Origin: a virus
Taxonomy: Duplodnaviria; Heunggongvirae; Uroviricota; Caudoviricetes
Strand: one strand, 5' to 3'
DNA: 64,000 nt
IMG/VR virus record: IMGVR_UViG_3300042940_001755
The notes under the pieces were generated by a model, which had not been told where the DNA came from, did no database searches, and worked only from the letters and a program-made list of their open reading frames with translations. A program made the translations under genes and the position numbers. Of this stretch, positions 35,963-45,000 are shown piece after piece. Numbering within the stretch: position 1 is the first letter of the stretch; every line of letters starts with the position of its first letter.

Positions 35963-37912
35963 TCAGTGAGTCTCCTGCCAGTTATGCCCAATCTTGGCCT
36001 CACCTGCCATAATCATGACGTTGAACTGTTTTGGTCCCTCTGCAAAGGCCAGCGCAGCTAGCTCTGCAGCACGCGTAGCATCCTTCTCAAGAACCATGAA
36101 TTGGCACTCATCGTGCATAATAATACACGGCTTGTACTCAATCCCTTCTTCCTCAAATTTCTGCATCATCCACGCCACAGCTGACATACAAGTAATCTTC
36201 TCAGCTGACTGTAGCAGATACACCAACAGCTTGTGTTTGCTATCTACGTAGATACGATTGCCGGCCAGTGAAGGAATGTACGGGTCTCCTTTCTTCTTAG
36301 CTTGGACAAAAGTGTCATTGAGTCGTTTCAGCAGACCCTCGAACCCTGGCACTGACTTCGTAAAACCATCCTTGAATTCATTGCCGAGAGTGCTGTCTTG
36401 AGTCCCGAAGATATAGCTCCACAACTTACCGCCTGCTGCTCCGAATAAGAAGGCATACAAGATACGCTTAGCTGCCCCTCTTTTCTTACCGAACAAGACT
36501 TCTTCCAAGGTATGCTTCTCATCCGCAGCAGCGCCCTTATCAATCAAGTATTCATCCCAGCTGATGCCCATGCCAGTCAGCACCTTGTCAATGTTAGCTG
36601 CATTAAAGGCGTGGATGTCACCGCTCAAGAGTGTGTTGGTGAAATCTTCATTGTCAAGATAATGCGCGAGAGATCGTGCTTGGTTTCCTGATGAATCAGC
36701 TCCAATGAGTACATAGCCAGGATCTGCCATAAATAACTCACGCATCTCTTTACCATAAGCGCTAGTACTTGCAGGCACGTTAACGATAATACTATGACGA
36801 CTCCGCATACTAGGAGTGCCAACCAACATGCAGTCTCCGTGAACCCTACCATTTTTACACTCCTTAATCCAAGTATTGACAACAGCATGACGTGACTTTA
36901 CAGTCAAGAAATGCATATATAACGCGCCATCTCCTCCGAGGAACTCCAAAGACTCTAGAGTGATCTTTGGAGATGACTTCTCTTTCTTTCCGGTTTCTGG
37001 ATTCATCTTATAATTCCAATCCATCGGTTTCCAACCCAGCCTGTGCAAGAAGAGCTTCACATCATACACACTATTCAATGAAAGCTTCTCTGCTACACAT
37101 TTAGTGTAGGGACCGTCCATTAGTGGATCCGGGTCATTACCTGCTATAGGGTCAATATCGAACCATTTAGCCTGATGATGATTGTAGTTCCCATTCTTGA
37201 TCCACAAAGGGTGATGCACCTTTACCTCGCCTTTGCAGGCATCTGGTGCGGTTATCTTCCACCCAAGCTTGGTCTCTAACGTAAGGTACGCGTTGTCAAG
37301 CTCTAATTGCAAACTATCGCGCAGCACAGTGGCTTTGTCCAGGTCAAACGCCCAACCAGCTTCATTCGCTCTAGACACAAAATCAGCTACTGTGTGCTCA
37401 ATCTCGAGATAACGTTTCAGCTTGCCCTTAAGTACATCTACATTCTTCTTAGCGAATTCAGCCATTAAATGTGTGTAGACCTTATGACTCACCTCTACGT
37501 CTTGCTCACAGTACGTCAACATCTCTTCTGTGTAGTGAGTCCAATCGTGGTAATCCCCTTTAGCACAGCCAAGAAACTCACCCCAACGAGCCAGAGAATG
37601 CCCGGCTCCAGGACCGAACCGCCAATAGTCTAATACCTGGCTGAGTATCAGCGTGTCAACGATTCTACAATATTTCGGAGGCGAGTAGTGGAATAACTTA
37701 CGAAGTACTGCAAGGTCATAGTTGATGATATTGTGCCCTACCAATTTCTTAGCATGATCGAGCAGTACTCTCCAGCCTTCGTCGCCCTGCAGAAAGGTAT
37801 ACTTCTCACCTGTGTCGAGGTCTTTAGCGTGAAAGATCCACATAGTTGTGACATCTTTTAAGAGGTTGTCAGTCTCTATGTCAAATAGCAAGTTCATATC
37901 TTTGCCACCCAA
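35963..37912 (-). CDS. Family A DNA polymerase (T7 gp5-like) with 3'-5' exonuclease domain
   Basis: Exo I LLFDIETD; Pol motif A IGADSSGNQARSLAH; motif B RGAAKRILYAFLFGAAG; motif C IIMHDECQF. Confidence 0.9.
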   Translation of the reverse strand: MGGKDMNLLFDIETDNLLKDVTTMWIFHAKDLDTGEKYTFLQGDEGWRVLLDHAKKLVGHNIINYDLAVLRKLFHYSPPKYCRIVDTLILSQVLDYWRFGPGAGHSLARWGEFLGCAKGDYHDWTHYTEEMLTYCEQDVEVSHKVYTHLMAEFAKKNVDVLKGKLKRYLEIEHTVADFVSRANEAGWAFDLDKATVLRDSLQLELDNAYLTLETKLGWKITAPDACKGEVKVHHPLWIKNGNYNHHQAKWFDIDPIAGNDPDPLMDGPYTKCVAEKLSLNSVYDVKLFLHRLGWKPMDWNYKMNPETGKKEKSSPKITLESLEFLGGDGALYMHFLTVKSRHAVVNTWIKECKNGRVHGDCMLVGTPSMRSRHSIIVNVPASTSAYGKEMRELFMADPGYVLIGADSSGNQARSLAHYLDNEDFTNTLLSGDIHAFNAANIDKVLTGMGISWDEYLIDKGAAADEKHTLEEVLFGKKRGAAKRILYAFLFGAAGGKLWSYIFGTQDSTLGNEFKDGFTKSVPGFEGLLKRLNDTFVQAKKKGDPYIPSLAGNRIYVDSKHKLLVYLLQSAEKITCMSAVAWMMQKFEEEGIEYKPCIIMHDECQFMVLEKDATRAAELAALAFAEGPKQFNVMIMAGEAKIGHNWQETH

Positions 37913-38085
37913 TAGCTTACAGCCCCGGCTCTTTGGCGCGTGCCATTACGGACCATGCCCATCTGATCGTCAGTCAAATCAGCTCTTAACATTCGATGTA
38001 GATTTGCCACACTAGGTCTGCTGCCTGTTTCTTTGATAAGAAAGGTTTTACCACTATCGTGGTTCTCACACATTACACAAAACAT
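37894..38085 (-). CDS. hypothetical protein (63 aa)
   Basis: Co-oriented ORF. Confidence 0.35.
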   Translation of the reverse strand: MFCVMCENHDSGKTFLIKETGSRPSVANLHRMLRADLTDDQMGMVRNGTRQRAGAVSYWVAKI

Positions 38086-38127
38086 AAAACTACTCCTATA
38101 AAGATTGCACTTCCCTGTGCAGATATC

Positions 38128-38670
38128 CTAAATTGTTGAAATGATTGTTTGAACTTCTTCAACACTCACTACACGACCAGTGTGCATACAAGCGATGAGG
38201 TAGTCGGTGTACCAGCGTGCTTTAAGTAGCTCTTGCACTCCGGCATCTTTCTTCCCCAAACGGTCTAGATACTTTCTGATCTGCAGCTCAATCGCTGCAT
38301 AGAATTTACCATTGCTGAGATCTCTGAAGTTAGGTAGATGACCCATTGTCTCCATCCATTGCATGTCCTTCACGTACCCCTTGTAATGTGAAGGATTAAC
38401 AGCAGAGGCCACTTTAGTTAGTGGTGCGATCAAATCAGCATAAGCAGTATTGTGCGCCACCATGTCTGGTTTCCACGCAAAATCACGCTCTAGCATGTCA
38501 CGCCATGTAGCGAACTGCTCAGAAGTGTCAAGAACACAAACTACTTCGCTGTTGTCCTTGCGTGTAACTGTTACAAGACCTGTAACATGATCTTCGACAT
38601 GAACGAAGTTCTCAGTAGTTTCTAAGGCACCTACACCGTTAGAATACTCATATACGAATTTACTGCTCAT
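38128..38670 (-). CDS. Hypothetical protein, possibly DUF3310-like (NPSHYKGY motif)
   Basis: The C-terminal region NPSHYKG..IE.. is recalled from phage DUF3310 proteins. This is memory only and not verifiable here. Confidence 0.3.
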   Translation of the reverse strand: MSSKFVYEYSNGVGALETTENFVHVEDHVTGLVTVTRKDNSEVVCVLDTSEQFATWRDMLERDFAWKPDMVAHNTAYADLIAPLTKVASAVNPSHYKGYVKDMQWMETMGHLPNFRDLSNGKFYAAIELQIRKYLDRLGKKDAGVQELLKARWYTDYLIACMHTGRVVSVEEVQTIISTI

Positions 38671-38700
38671 TTACTACCTCGTGGTTGAAGTTGAAAGATC

Positions 38701-39192
38701 TTAATAGTCGCCGTTGTCTTCTGGGAAGTCATCGTCATCGTCCTCATTTACTGCGAAATCAGGGTCTTCCTCGCGTACGTATTCGACAAGGTTAATGACC
38801 TTCATTGCCTCTAAGGTCGCTGCAATACCCTTCTTACCTTCAAAGTTGTATTCAAAGGTGCTGATCTTAATGAGGCCTGTTGAGCCGTTACCGATCAACT
38901 CGCCCTTTAGGATCTTGTTCTTAGCGTTCAAGATATTAGGTTTGCGGAACGGTTCACCTGTTTTAGGATTCAGGTAATTTTGTTTAGCAGTGAAGCTGTA
39001 GGTTACAGCGTCTGTGTTATCATCCACTTCCTTCTTAATGTGGATGCCCAATGCTTTGACAGTTGGCAACAATTCTTTGTCGAACTCACAACGCACAGAC
39101 CAAGCCAACTTGGAGCTTAAGTCTTTACGAGGTTTGTCAGACAAGTTAGGGAATAAGAATGTTACTGCCAAAGTTGTTGTTTCACGAGCCAT
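38701..39192 (-). CDS. T7 gp2.5-like single-stranded DNA-binding protein, copy 1 of a tandem duplicate
   Basis: Small OB-fold-sized protein with an acidic C-terminal tail ending in an aromatic residue (EDDDDDFPEDNGDY). It sits between DNAP and RNAP as in T7. Confidence 0.6.
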   Translation of the reverse strand: MARETTTLAVTFLFPNLSDKPRKDLSSKLAWSVRCEFDKELLPTVKALGIHIKKEVDDNTDAVTYSFTAKQNYLNPKTGEPFRKPNILNAKNKILKGELIGNGSTGLIKISTFEYNFEGKKGIAATLEAMKVINLVEYVREEDPDFAVNEDDDDDFPEDNGDY

Positions 39193-39290
39193 GATACATC
39201 TCCAATATAGGGTTAGAGGACGACGGGATTGCCGCCCTCACAGATACTACGGTGACACAGATTAGAGACTGCGCCTCTCTCTTTTACTGC

Positions 39291-39782
39291 TTAGAAATCA
39301 GAATCATCTTCCGGAAAGTCATCAGATTCATCTTCATTTACTGCAAAGTCAGGGTCTTCCTCGCGTACGTATTCGACAAGGTTAATGACCTTCATTGCCT
39401 CTAAGGTCGCTGCAACACCCTTCTTGCCTTCAAAGTTGTATTCAAAGGTGCTGATTTTGACCTTACCAGTCGACCCATTACCGATCAACTCCCCCTTTAG
39501 GATCTTATTCTTGGCGTCGAGGATGTTAGGTTTGCGGAACGGTTCACCTGTTCTAGGATTCAGGTAATTTTGTTTCGCAGTGAAGCTGTAAGTTACAGCG
39601 TCTGTGTTATCATCCACTTCCTTCTTAATGTGAATGCCCAACTCTTTTACCTGAGGTAACAAAGCTTTATCGAACTCGCAGCGGACAGACCAAGCTAACT
39701 TGGAGCTTAAGTCTTTACGAGGTTTGTCGCTCAAGTTAGCGAATAAGAATGTTACATCTAGAGTTGTTGTTTCACGAGCCAT
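39291..39782 (-). CDS. T7 gp2.5-like SSB, copy 2 (about 92% aa identity to copy 1)
   Basis: Same length of 163 aa; tail ESDDFPEDDSDF; long runs of identical DNA with copy 1. Confidence 0.6.
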   Translation of the reverse strand: MARETTTLDVTFLFANLSDKPRKDLSSKLAWSVRCEFDKALLPQVKELGIHIKKEVDDNTDAVTYSFTAKQNYLNPRTGEPFRKPNILDAKNKILKGELIGNGSTGKVKISTFEYNFEGKKGVAATLEAMKVINLVEYVREEDPDFAVNEDESDDFPEDDSDF

Positions 39783-39791
39783 GATAGTTCC

Positions 39792-40136
39792 TTAGTTAGT
39801 TAATTGAATTGATTCAAGGACATTTGCAGTCCAAAGTTGTTTAGGGATGAAGAAAGTGGCTCCCCCTGAGTTACTGGTAATACTTACAAATACTGCATGC
39901 TCCCCGCCTGGGAGCTCTTCCGCCACATCAAAGCCGCCAGCAGCAGATGCTAAAGTAGCACCATCACTGTCAAGATCCCACACAGCCACCTGCGCTAAAT
40001 CATCTAGTGTTTCCAACAGAAATACATCACCTCCTAGATAGTCCATGAATTTGTCTTCAGGACAGATTTGCAGCATGTGCGCCCACAAATCTTCAGGCAC
40101 TTCTGCCATTTCTGAAATATCTTTAAATACTTGCAT
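39792..40136 (-). CDS. hypothetical acidic protein (114 aa)
   Basis: Co-oriented ORF. Confidence 0.45.
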   Translation of the reverse strand: MQVFKDISEMAEVPEDLWAHMLQICPEDKFMDYLGGDVFLLETLDDLAQVAVWDLDSDGATLASAAGGFDVAEELPGGEHAVFVSITSNSGGATFFIPKQLWTANVLESIQLTN

Positions 40137-40320
40137 TTCTCACTCCATCCAATACGCCGTTAAGTGCTGAAACAGTTTCCTTAAACTGCTCCAACGTTAA
40201 GTAGTCAATGTCAATAAACACTTGCATCAACCCATCCTCGCCCACTTGCACTTCCCCCAAGTGGGTTCCGTCATTTGCCTCAAATACATACGCTTTGAGG
40301 CGTTCCTGCTTAATCACCAT
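40123..40320 (-). CDS. hypothetical protein (65 aa)
   Basis: Co-oriented ORF. Confidence 0.35.
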   Translation of the reverse strand: MVIKQERLKAYVFEANDGTHLGEVQVGEDGLMQVFIDIDYLTLEQFKETVSALNGVLDGVRNASI

Positions 40321-40534
40321 CTGTTCCTCCTTTGTTAATCAACACAGCTAAAGTGCAGAGCTGCTCCTGCGTAGTTACCTTTTGGACAATCTTACTCTTC
40401 TCAGCGAGGAGGTGGTACTTGTCGAATCCAAAGTTAGGCAGGCTGAATCTGACCATAATATCTTTGAATTCGGTTGTTTCTGCGTCCTTCTTAGAGGTGT
40501 CAGTGTCTACAACGACAAACTTCCAATCACTCAT
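40310..40534 (-). CDS. hypothetical protein (74 aa)
   Basis: Co-oriented ORF. Confidence 0.35.
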   Translation of the reverse strand: MSDWKFVVVDTDTSKKDAETTEFKDIMVRFSLPNFGFDKYHLLAEKSKIVQKVTTQEQLCTLAVLINKGGTDGD

Positions 40535-40866
40535 TCTAGCTCCTTTTCTTCTAAGCTAAGAGCCTCACCATTGACCATCACTATCTCGCCAGCACCAATG
40601 CTTCTAACAGCAGCAACGCTATCGATAAAGTCAACTAAGTCTTGGGAGAGTCTGTCTAGACTCGGCTTATTGCGGTACACTGCAATCAGGTTTACACGTG
40701 GACTCCCCTCTTCCCACTTAGTATGTAAATACCCAGAACTCAACACCCACACTGTCGTGACCGGCACAGGTGGTGTAAAATTAGGTCGTGACTCAGCTGC
40801 CAGAGCTGCGTAGTACGTATCATTTCCGCCCATTGTTTCCTCTATAATTGGATTAAGTGAAAGCAT
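40531..40866 (-). CDS. hypothetical protein (111 aa)
   Basis: Co-oriented ORF. Confidence 0.45.
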   Translation of the reverse strand: MLSLNPIIEETMGGNDTYYAALAAESRPNFTPPVPVTTVWVLSSGYLHTKWEEGSPRVNLIAVYRNKPSLDRLSQDLVDFIDSVAAVRSIGAGEIVMVNGEALSLEEKELE

Positions 40867-41617
40867 ATTCGCTCTCTAATACTGCATTGATGTCAAGTGA
40901 GCCGATTTCAAGACCTTCCCAGTTACCTGAGATATCATTCATCAGCGCTACTAGTGGATCGCTAGAGTACAGCTCAACAAACTTCTCTCTAGCGACTCTG
41001 AACAATACATCCATATCCGCACACAAACATCCGTAAGAGTCGTGGATGGTTGTCACAGGGAACTCACAGCCCACCTTAATCATCATTAAGTGTGCTGCAT
41101 CCATGCTATGAATGATATTAGGCGCTGCTCCTTGGCCTTGCTTGCGCTTAGCAGGGACTCGTTCTTCCTTGTGAAGTAGGCTAATCTTGATATCCTTGTG
41201 TCCATAAGACAGGATAACAGGCTTAATAGTGCCTTCTTCATAATGCTGAACCACTTTGAAGCCCGTTACAGGGACAGTCCAGCTGAGGAATTCACCTCTT
41301 TTCTCAGCAGCAATCCCTGCATTACTGAATATCTCAAGAAGCTTCATGGGTTTATTCATGCTATCTTTGCAGCTAGCGTAGATTAGTCTTCCCATGAATG
41401 CTCCCCATTTCCTGTCCAGGTCTAAGAGCGAATCGATGCCGTGCTTCTTGGCATCTTCTATGACCTGCTCAGACATCCCATAAGAAACTGCACCGTATGG
41501 GATAGTCATTACTCCCGCTTGTGTTCCGTAGATGTCGTTAGTTTCTACGCGTAGTTGGTCGCTTGTGTTATCTGACAAAATTGCCAAAAATCTTCTTTCT
41601 CGCTTTCTTCGCTGCAT
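40853..41617 (-). CDS. Single-subunit (T7-like) RNA polymerase, C-terminal segment (exon 2 or C-terminal half of a split gene)
   Basis: AGVMTIPYG .. APNIIHSMDAAHLMM .. VTTIHDSYGCL .. terminal EYAFT aligns with the T7 RNAP C-terminus (SVMTLAYG .. PNFVHSQDGSHL .. LIHDSFGT .. FAFA). The real 5' boundary is unresolved. Confidence 0.8.
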   Translation of the reverse strand: MQRRKRERRFLAILSDNTSDQLRVETNDIYGTQAGVMTIPYGAVSYGMSEQVIEDAKKHGIDSLLDLDRKWGAFMGRLIYASCKDSMNKPMKLLEIFSNAGIAAEKRGEFLSWTVPVTGFKVVQHYEEGTIKPVILSYGHKDIKISLLHKEERVPAKRKQGQGAAPNIIHSMDAAHLMMIKVGCEFPVTTIHDSYGCLCADMDVLFRVAREKFVELYSSDPLVALMNDISGNWEGLEIGSLDINAVLESEYAFT

Positions 41618-42008
41618 TAGCCGCAGCCTCTACCGTTGCAAAGGTACCTACAGTCTTGTTAACACCCCCTTCACAGACTCTAGCACGGTATTTACCAGAC
41701 TTCGTTGCAGTTACACCTTTAGCGCCGGTCTTCGCTCCTTTATTAGGAAGCGTGTTAATACGGTTCTCAGCCACTGAGGCTGCCCTCAGATTAGATATCT
41801 TGTTATTAGCAGGATTTCCATCCTTATGATCAACAACCTTCCCTTTCGGCACTGCTCCTTTATGCATCTCAAACACAATACGATGCACCATTGTCTTCTT
41901 GCCATTCTTCTCTACTTGCACATGCCCTTTGCTATTAGGCGAACCTGCCTTGCGGCCATTCTTGTGCAATAGCCCACCATTCTCTTTATCATAGAGATAC
42001 TCTACCAT
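41568..42008 (-). mobile_element. HNH-AP2 homing endonuclease ORF inserted within the RNA polymerase gene
   Basis: HNH motif GHVQV..MVHRIVFEMHKG..VDHKDGNPANNKISNLR and AP2 domain GVTATKSGKYRARV..TFATVEAAANA. It has its own strong RBS AAGAGGAGG and is in a different frame from the RNAP pieces. Confidence 0.8.
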
Positions 42009-42111
42009 ACAACCTCCTCTTTTGTAGCGACCAGCTACTGCTGCATATTCCGATGCAGGCCAGACTATATCACGATAGCAAATAGCTACCTCCCCCGTTT
42101 CCTGACACTTG

Positions 42112-43653
42112 TCAGTACGCCTTACGGCTAGTCGTTGAACCTTCTTTCAAACCATACTTCCCAGCATTATTTGAAACCTTGGCTGCTGATTGGCCATTAG
42201 CATCACACCATTGGGCTGTTCCAGCAATTAAAGGGATTTTACAAGCGCCTGTAATTAAACGCTTGACTATCTTTCTACGTTCTTTCTTGTCCTTGATACG
42301 ATTCCAGAATATGAAACAAGCAGAATCTTCTAGGAAATGATTTGCCTCTCTGTAGTTCTTTAGTCGTTCCCCTAAGACAACTCTGAGATCACTCCCACGC
42401 TCTGCAGCTCGCACTTCAGCCTTCATTTCTGTAACGACTGTGACGTAATTATCAGCAGCCGCCACTAATTTAGGGTCTAATTCTGCGATTGTCAGCGCGA
42501 TAAAGTTCCAGAGAGAATTTGCAACATACGCATACAAGTCACCAGGAAGTACTGATTTGACAAGATTCACATAGGGCGCAGATGTTTCATCTCTCGTCAG
42601 CATAGCTAGATGTTGACTTCCATTGGTGCTTCCGTCTATGAAGCACTCAAGATGGCTCACAAAAGTCTCTGGATTGCCACTTCGCCATGCTGCTTCATAC
42701 TCCATACAGGCTGCTAAGAACTGCCAGCACTTGTCAGCGCCCATCCACCCTTTAAAGAGCTTGGGTGATGTAGCATACGCCATGATTAGCTCATGATTAT
42801 CATCTACCCACTGCACTCTTTCCTCCAAAGGGATCTTGTCAGTCTTTGCTTTGTCTTCTCTGGCAGAAGTGCCCGCCCAGTTACTGGCAATTGATATCTT
42901 CAGCCATTTAAAGCCAATAGCTCCTAGCGGTTTTGCATCAGCTCGTAGTAGAAGGCCTTTGGCAACATCAGCGCCTTGTTCATGGAGGTAAGCAGATGCG
43001 ACATAGATACGTCCTCTGAAGTCTGTGTAGTAACCATGGTAGAAGATAGCACCTGCCAGATCTTGCGCCATTGTCAGGACTGTGTTGACTTCTCTACCTT
43101 TGGTGATTCTTGCCTCCTTTGAGACTTGTTTCCAAATATCTGAGAAGGCTTCCTCACGGTACTTATGCGCCCATATAGCAATTGCCAGCACTCTCTCGTT
43201 TACTTTCCATCCTACTGCTTGGGCACGGTTAACAGCGTCCAATACCATTGCAGGAACAGCCGGTAATACTGCTCGCGTCTTGATAAGTGGGTAAGTCAGC
43301 TGATCGTGTGTCCTAGAAGTCCAAGGAGAGTAAGGAATAAGTGAAGGGTAGACTGTAGTACTCTGTTTGGAACACTTCCGCCAAGCCTCCACAATAGCCT
43401 CATCATTCAGAACAGCCACTGTGTAGGCACTCTTCTTCCCTATACGTTCTACCTGTATCTTGAGAATCCTGGCAGCTTCAAGGTCGTAGACAAGATCTGC
43501 TGCTGCTTGTGCTCTTACTCTGGAACTGGGATCTCTGGAGAGTTTCGAGCCGAGCGCTGTCAGCACCTCTGACAACACTATTGGCTCATTATATTTAGCC
43601 CTTGTGTACAGAAACAACACCTCCGTAACAGTAGGACAAAGTTCACTAAGCAT
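42112..43653 (-). CDS. Single-subunit RNA polymerase, N-terminal segment (exon 1 plus read-through into the insertion)
   Basis: YHGYYTDFRGRIY and ECFIDGSTNGSQHLAMLTRDE align to T7 RNAP DWRGRVY and DGSCSGIQHFSAMLRDE. The last ~90 codons have no RNAP similarity, so they are probably intron or insert-derived. Confidence 0.8.
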   Translation of the reverse strand: MLSELCPTVTEVLFLYTRAKYNEPIVLSEVLTALGSKLSRDPSSRVRAQAAADLVYDLEAARILKIQVERIGKKSAYTVAVLNDEAIVEAWRKCSKQSTTVYPSLIPYSPWTSRTHDQLTYPLIKTRAVLPAVPAMVLDAVNRAQAVGWKVNERVLAIAIWAHKYREEAFSDIWKQVSKEARITKGREVNTVLTMAQDLAGAIFYHGYYTDFRGRIYVASAYLHEQGADVAKGLLLRADAKPLGAIGFKWLKISIASNWAGTSAREDKAKTDKIPLEERVQWVDDNHELIMAYATSPKLFKGWMGADKCWQFLAACMEYEAAWRSGNPETFVSHLECFIDGSTNGSQHLAMLTRDETSAPYVNLVKSVLPGDLYAYVANSLWNFIALTIAELDPKLVAAADNYVTVVTEMKAEVRAAERGSDLRVVLGERLKNYREANHFLEDSACFIFWNRIKDKKERRKIVKRLITGACKIPLIAGTAQWCDANGQSAAKVSNNAGKYGLKEGSTTSRKAY

Positions 43654-43990
43654 ATTGTCTCCAATTAGCAGTTTTACATCATGCTTAGGATATCGGAAAT
43701 GTAATGTTACCTTTTCTTGTGCGCAGGTGGCTTGCGTGGCTTGCCAGATAATTGACAGACTACTGCCGACACTAAGTAAATTACGAGGAATCTAACCAGC
43801 ATCGTGGACTCCTTTCGCTACAAGATAAATAACGCTTGATACAACGATTGCAGGGACACTAGGCCCCAATAAAACAGCACCTGCAATAACAGCAATTAAC
43901 ATAATGGTCCTCACTGTGATCGCAGATACGAACAGCTAATTTGAGTTGAATTTAAAAAGATAAAGGAAATACACTAAAGTCCCTAACAGC

Positions 43991-44209
43991 TTAACTGGGC
44001 ACTACCCTCGACACGCAGGAATGATTCGCATCCCTGTCTATGTCTTTCTTCTTAGCACGAAGCGAACGCTCCCACGCTTTCAGATATACTTCGATATCAT
44101 CTAGTTCCCACTCAGCGCGGTCAGGTATCCGACCAGAATACCTTGCACACTTCATCTGTATGCTGTCTATTCCTAGACGCCCCATCACATACGTTTCATC
44201 AACTATCAT
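43991..44209 (-). CDS. hypothetical protein (72 aa)
   Basis: Co-oriented ORF. Confidence 0.35.
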   Translation of the reverse strand: MIVDETYVMGRLGIDSIQMKCARYSGRIPDRAEWELDDIEVYLKAWERSLRAKKKDIDRDANHSCVSRVVPS

Positions 44210-44356
44210 TGGACCATTCTCTTGCTAGGAGGGTACGTCATGATTTCCTTCTCATACAACTGGAAGGCACCGATAAGCTCTCTGTACTTGAAATCGAGCT
44301 TTGTGTAATTGCGGATAACAATCACATTCACTAGAATAGAGATAACCAGAAGCGTC

Positions 44357-44563
44357 TCAGTCATCTAACGACTCCTTCAGTAAATACGCATCCTTCCAGT
44401 GATGATCGTAGGTGGCGTCTCTTAAGACTTCTCTCAAGATTTCTGTCTTATCCAAGTCAAACTCTGGGATAGTCTCTGACACATACTCCACAAAGGAGAC
44501 CGTTTCTTCTGCCATTACTCTTTCGGCGACTCTACGCGCCAACACATTATCTACCACATTCAC
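44357..44563 (-). CDS. hypothetical acidic protein (68 aa)
   Basis: Co-oriented ORF. Confidence 0.35.
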   Translation of the reverse strand: MNVVDNVLARRVAERVMAEETVSFVEYVSETIPEFDLDKTEILREVLRDATYDHHWKDAYLLKESLDD

Positions 44564-44568
44564 CCCCC

Positions 44569-44931
44569 CTAATAGAAAACTAAATCACCTGAAGCGACCA
44601 TCAAGTTCTTAGTCTTGAAGCGCTTCCCTTTCTTCCTCGTATTGAAGAATTTGAACTTCTTGCCTTTCATGCCCTTCGCTCTGGCCCCGTGTAGCGCCGC
44701 CCTGGCCGCCCTCTTAGCTAGCAACACTGCTTTTGCTTCAGCAGGATTCTTAGCCTTGAACGGCCTTAAACGATGACGCGGGTACCAAGAGAACTGCCCA
44801 GGCGCTGTAACTACGCTGCAAGGCTTTCCTCCTCTGTCTAATATTACATTCGCTACTCCTAAGTTAGTGTTAAGACCTTGATTCTGGCTTTCCATCAATA
44901 ACGCCAGTACTATACAGCCGAAATCTGTCAT
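44569..44931 (-). CDS. Putative endolysin: SleB/CwlJ-type cell-wall hydrolase (Hydrolase_2) with a cationic C-terminal tail
   Basis: ALLMESQNQG..GVANVILDR..KPCSVVTAPGQFSW matches the SleB-family catalytic region. The C-terminus KKGKRFKTKNLM is highly basic. Confidence 0.5.
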   Translation of the reverse strand: MTDFGCIVLALLMESQNQGLNTNLGVANVILDRGGKPCSVVTAPGQFSWYPRHRLRPFKAKNPAEAKAVLLAKRAARAALHGARAKGMKGKKFKFFNTRKKGKRFKTKNLMVASGDLVFY

Positions 44932-44943
44932 AAGCTTCCTGTA

Positions 44944-44992
44944 AGAAAAAAAAAAATAAGGGGAGTACAGACCACCCCGAAGGGTGGTCTGT
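44944..44992 (-). terminator. Intrinsic terminator T4
   Basis: rc reads CAGACCACCCTTCGGGGTGGTCTG TACTCCCCTTATTTTTTTTTTTC. Confidence 0.75.
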
Positions 44993-45000
44993 ATAGTCAG

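Noticed and set aside
41561-42400. - Peptide SDLRV near the end of the upstream RNAP ORF resembles SDQLRV at the start of the downstream RNAP segment.
- This raised the possibility of a target-site duplication.
   Set aside because: - The underlying DNA differs (AGTGATCTCAGAGTT vs AGCGACCAACTACGCGTA).
- It is therefore a 5-residue coincidence, not a duplication.
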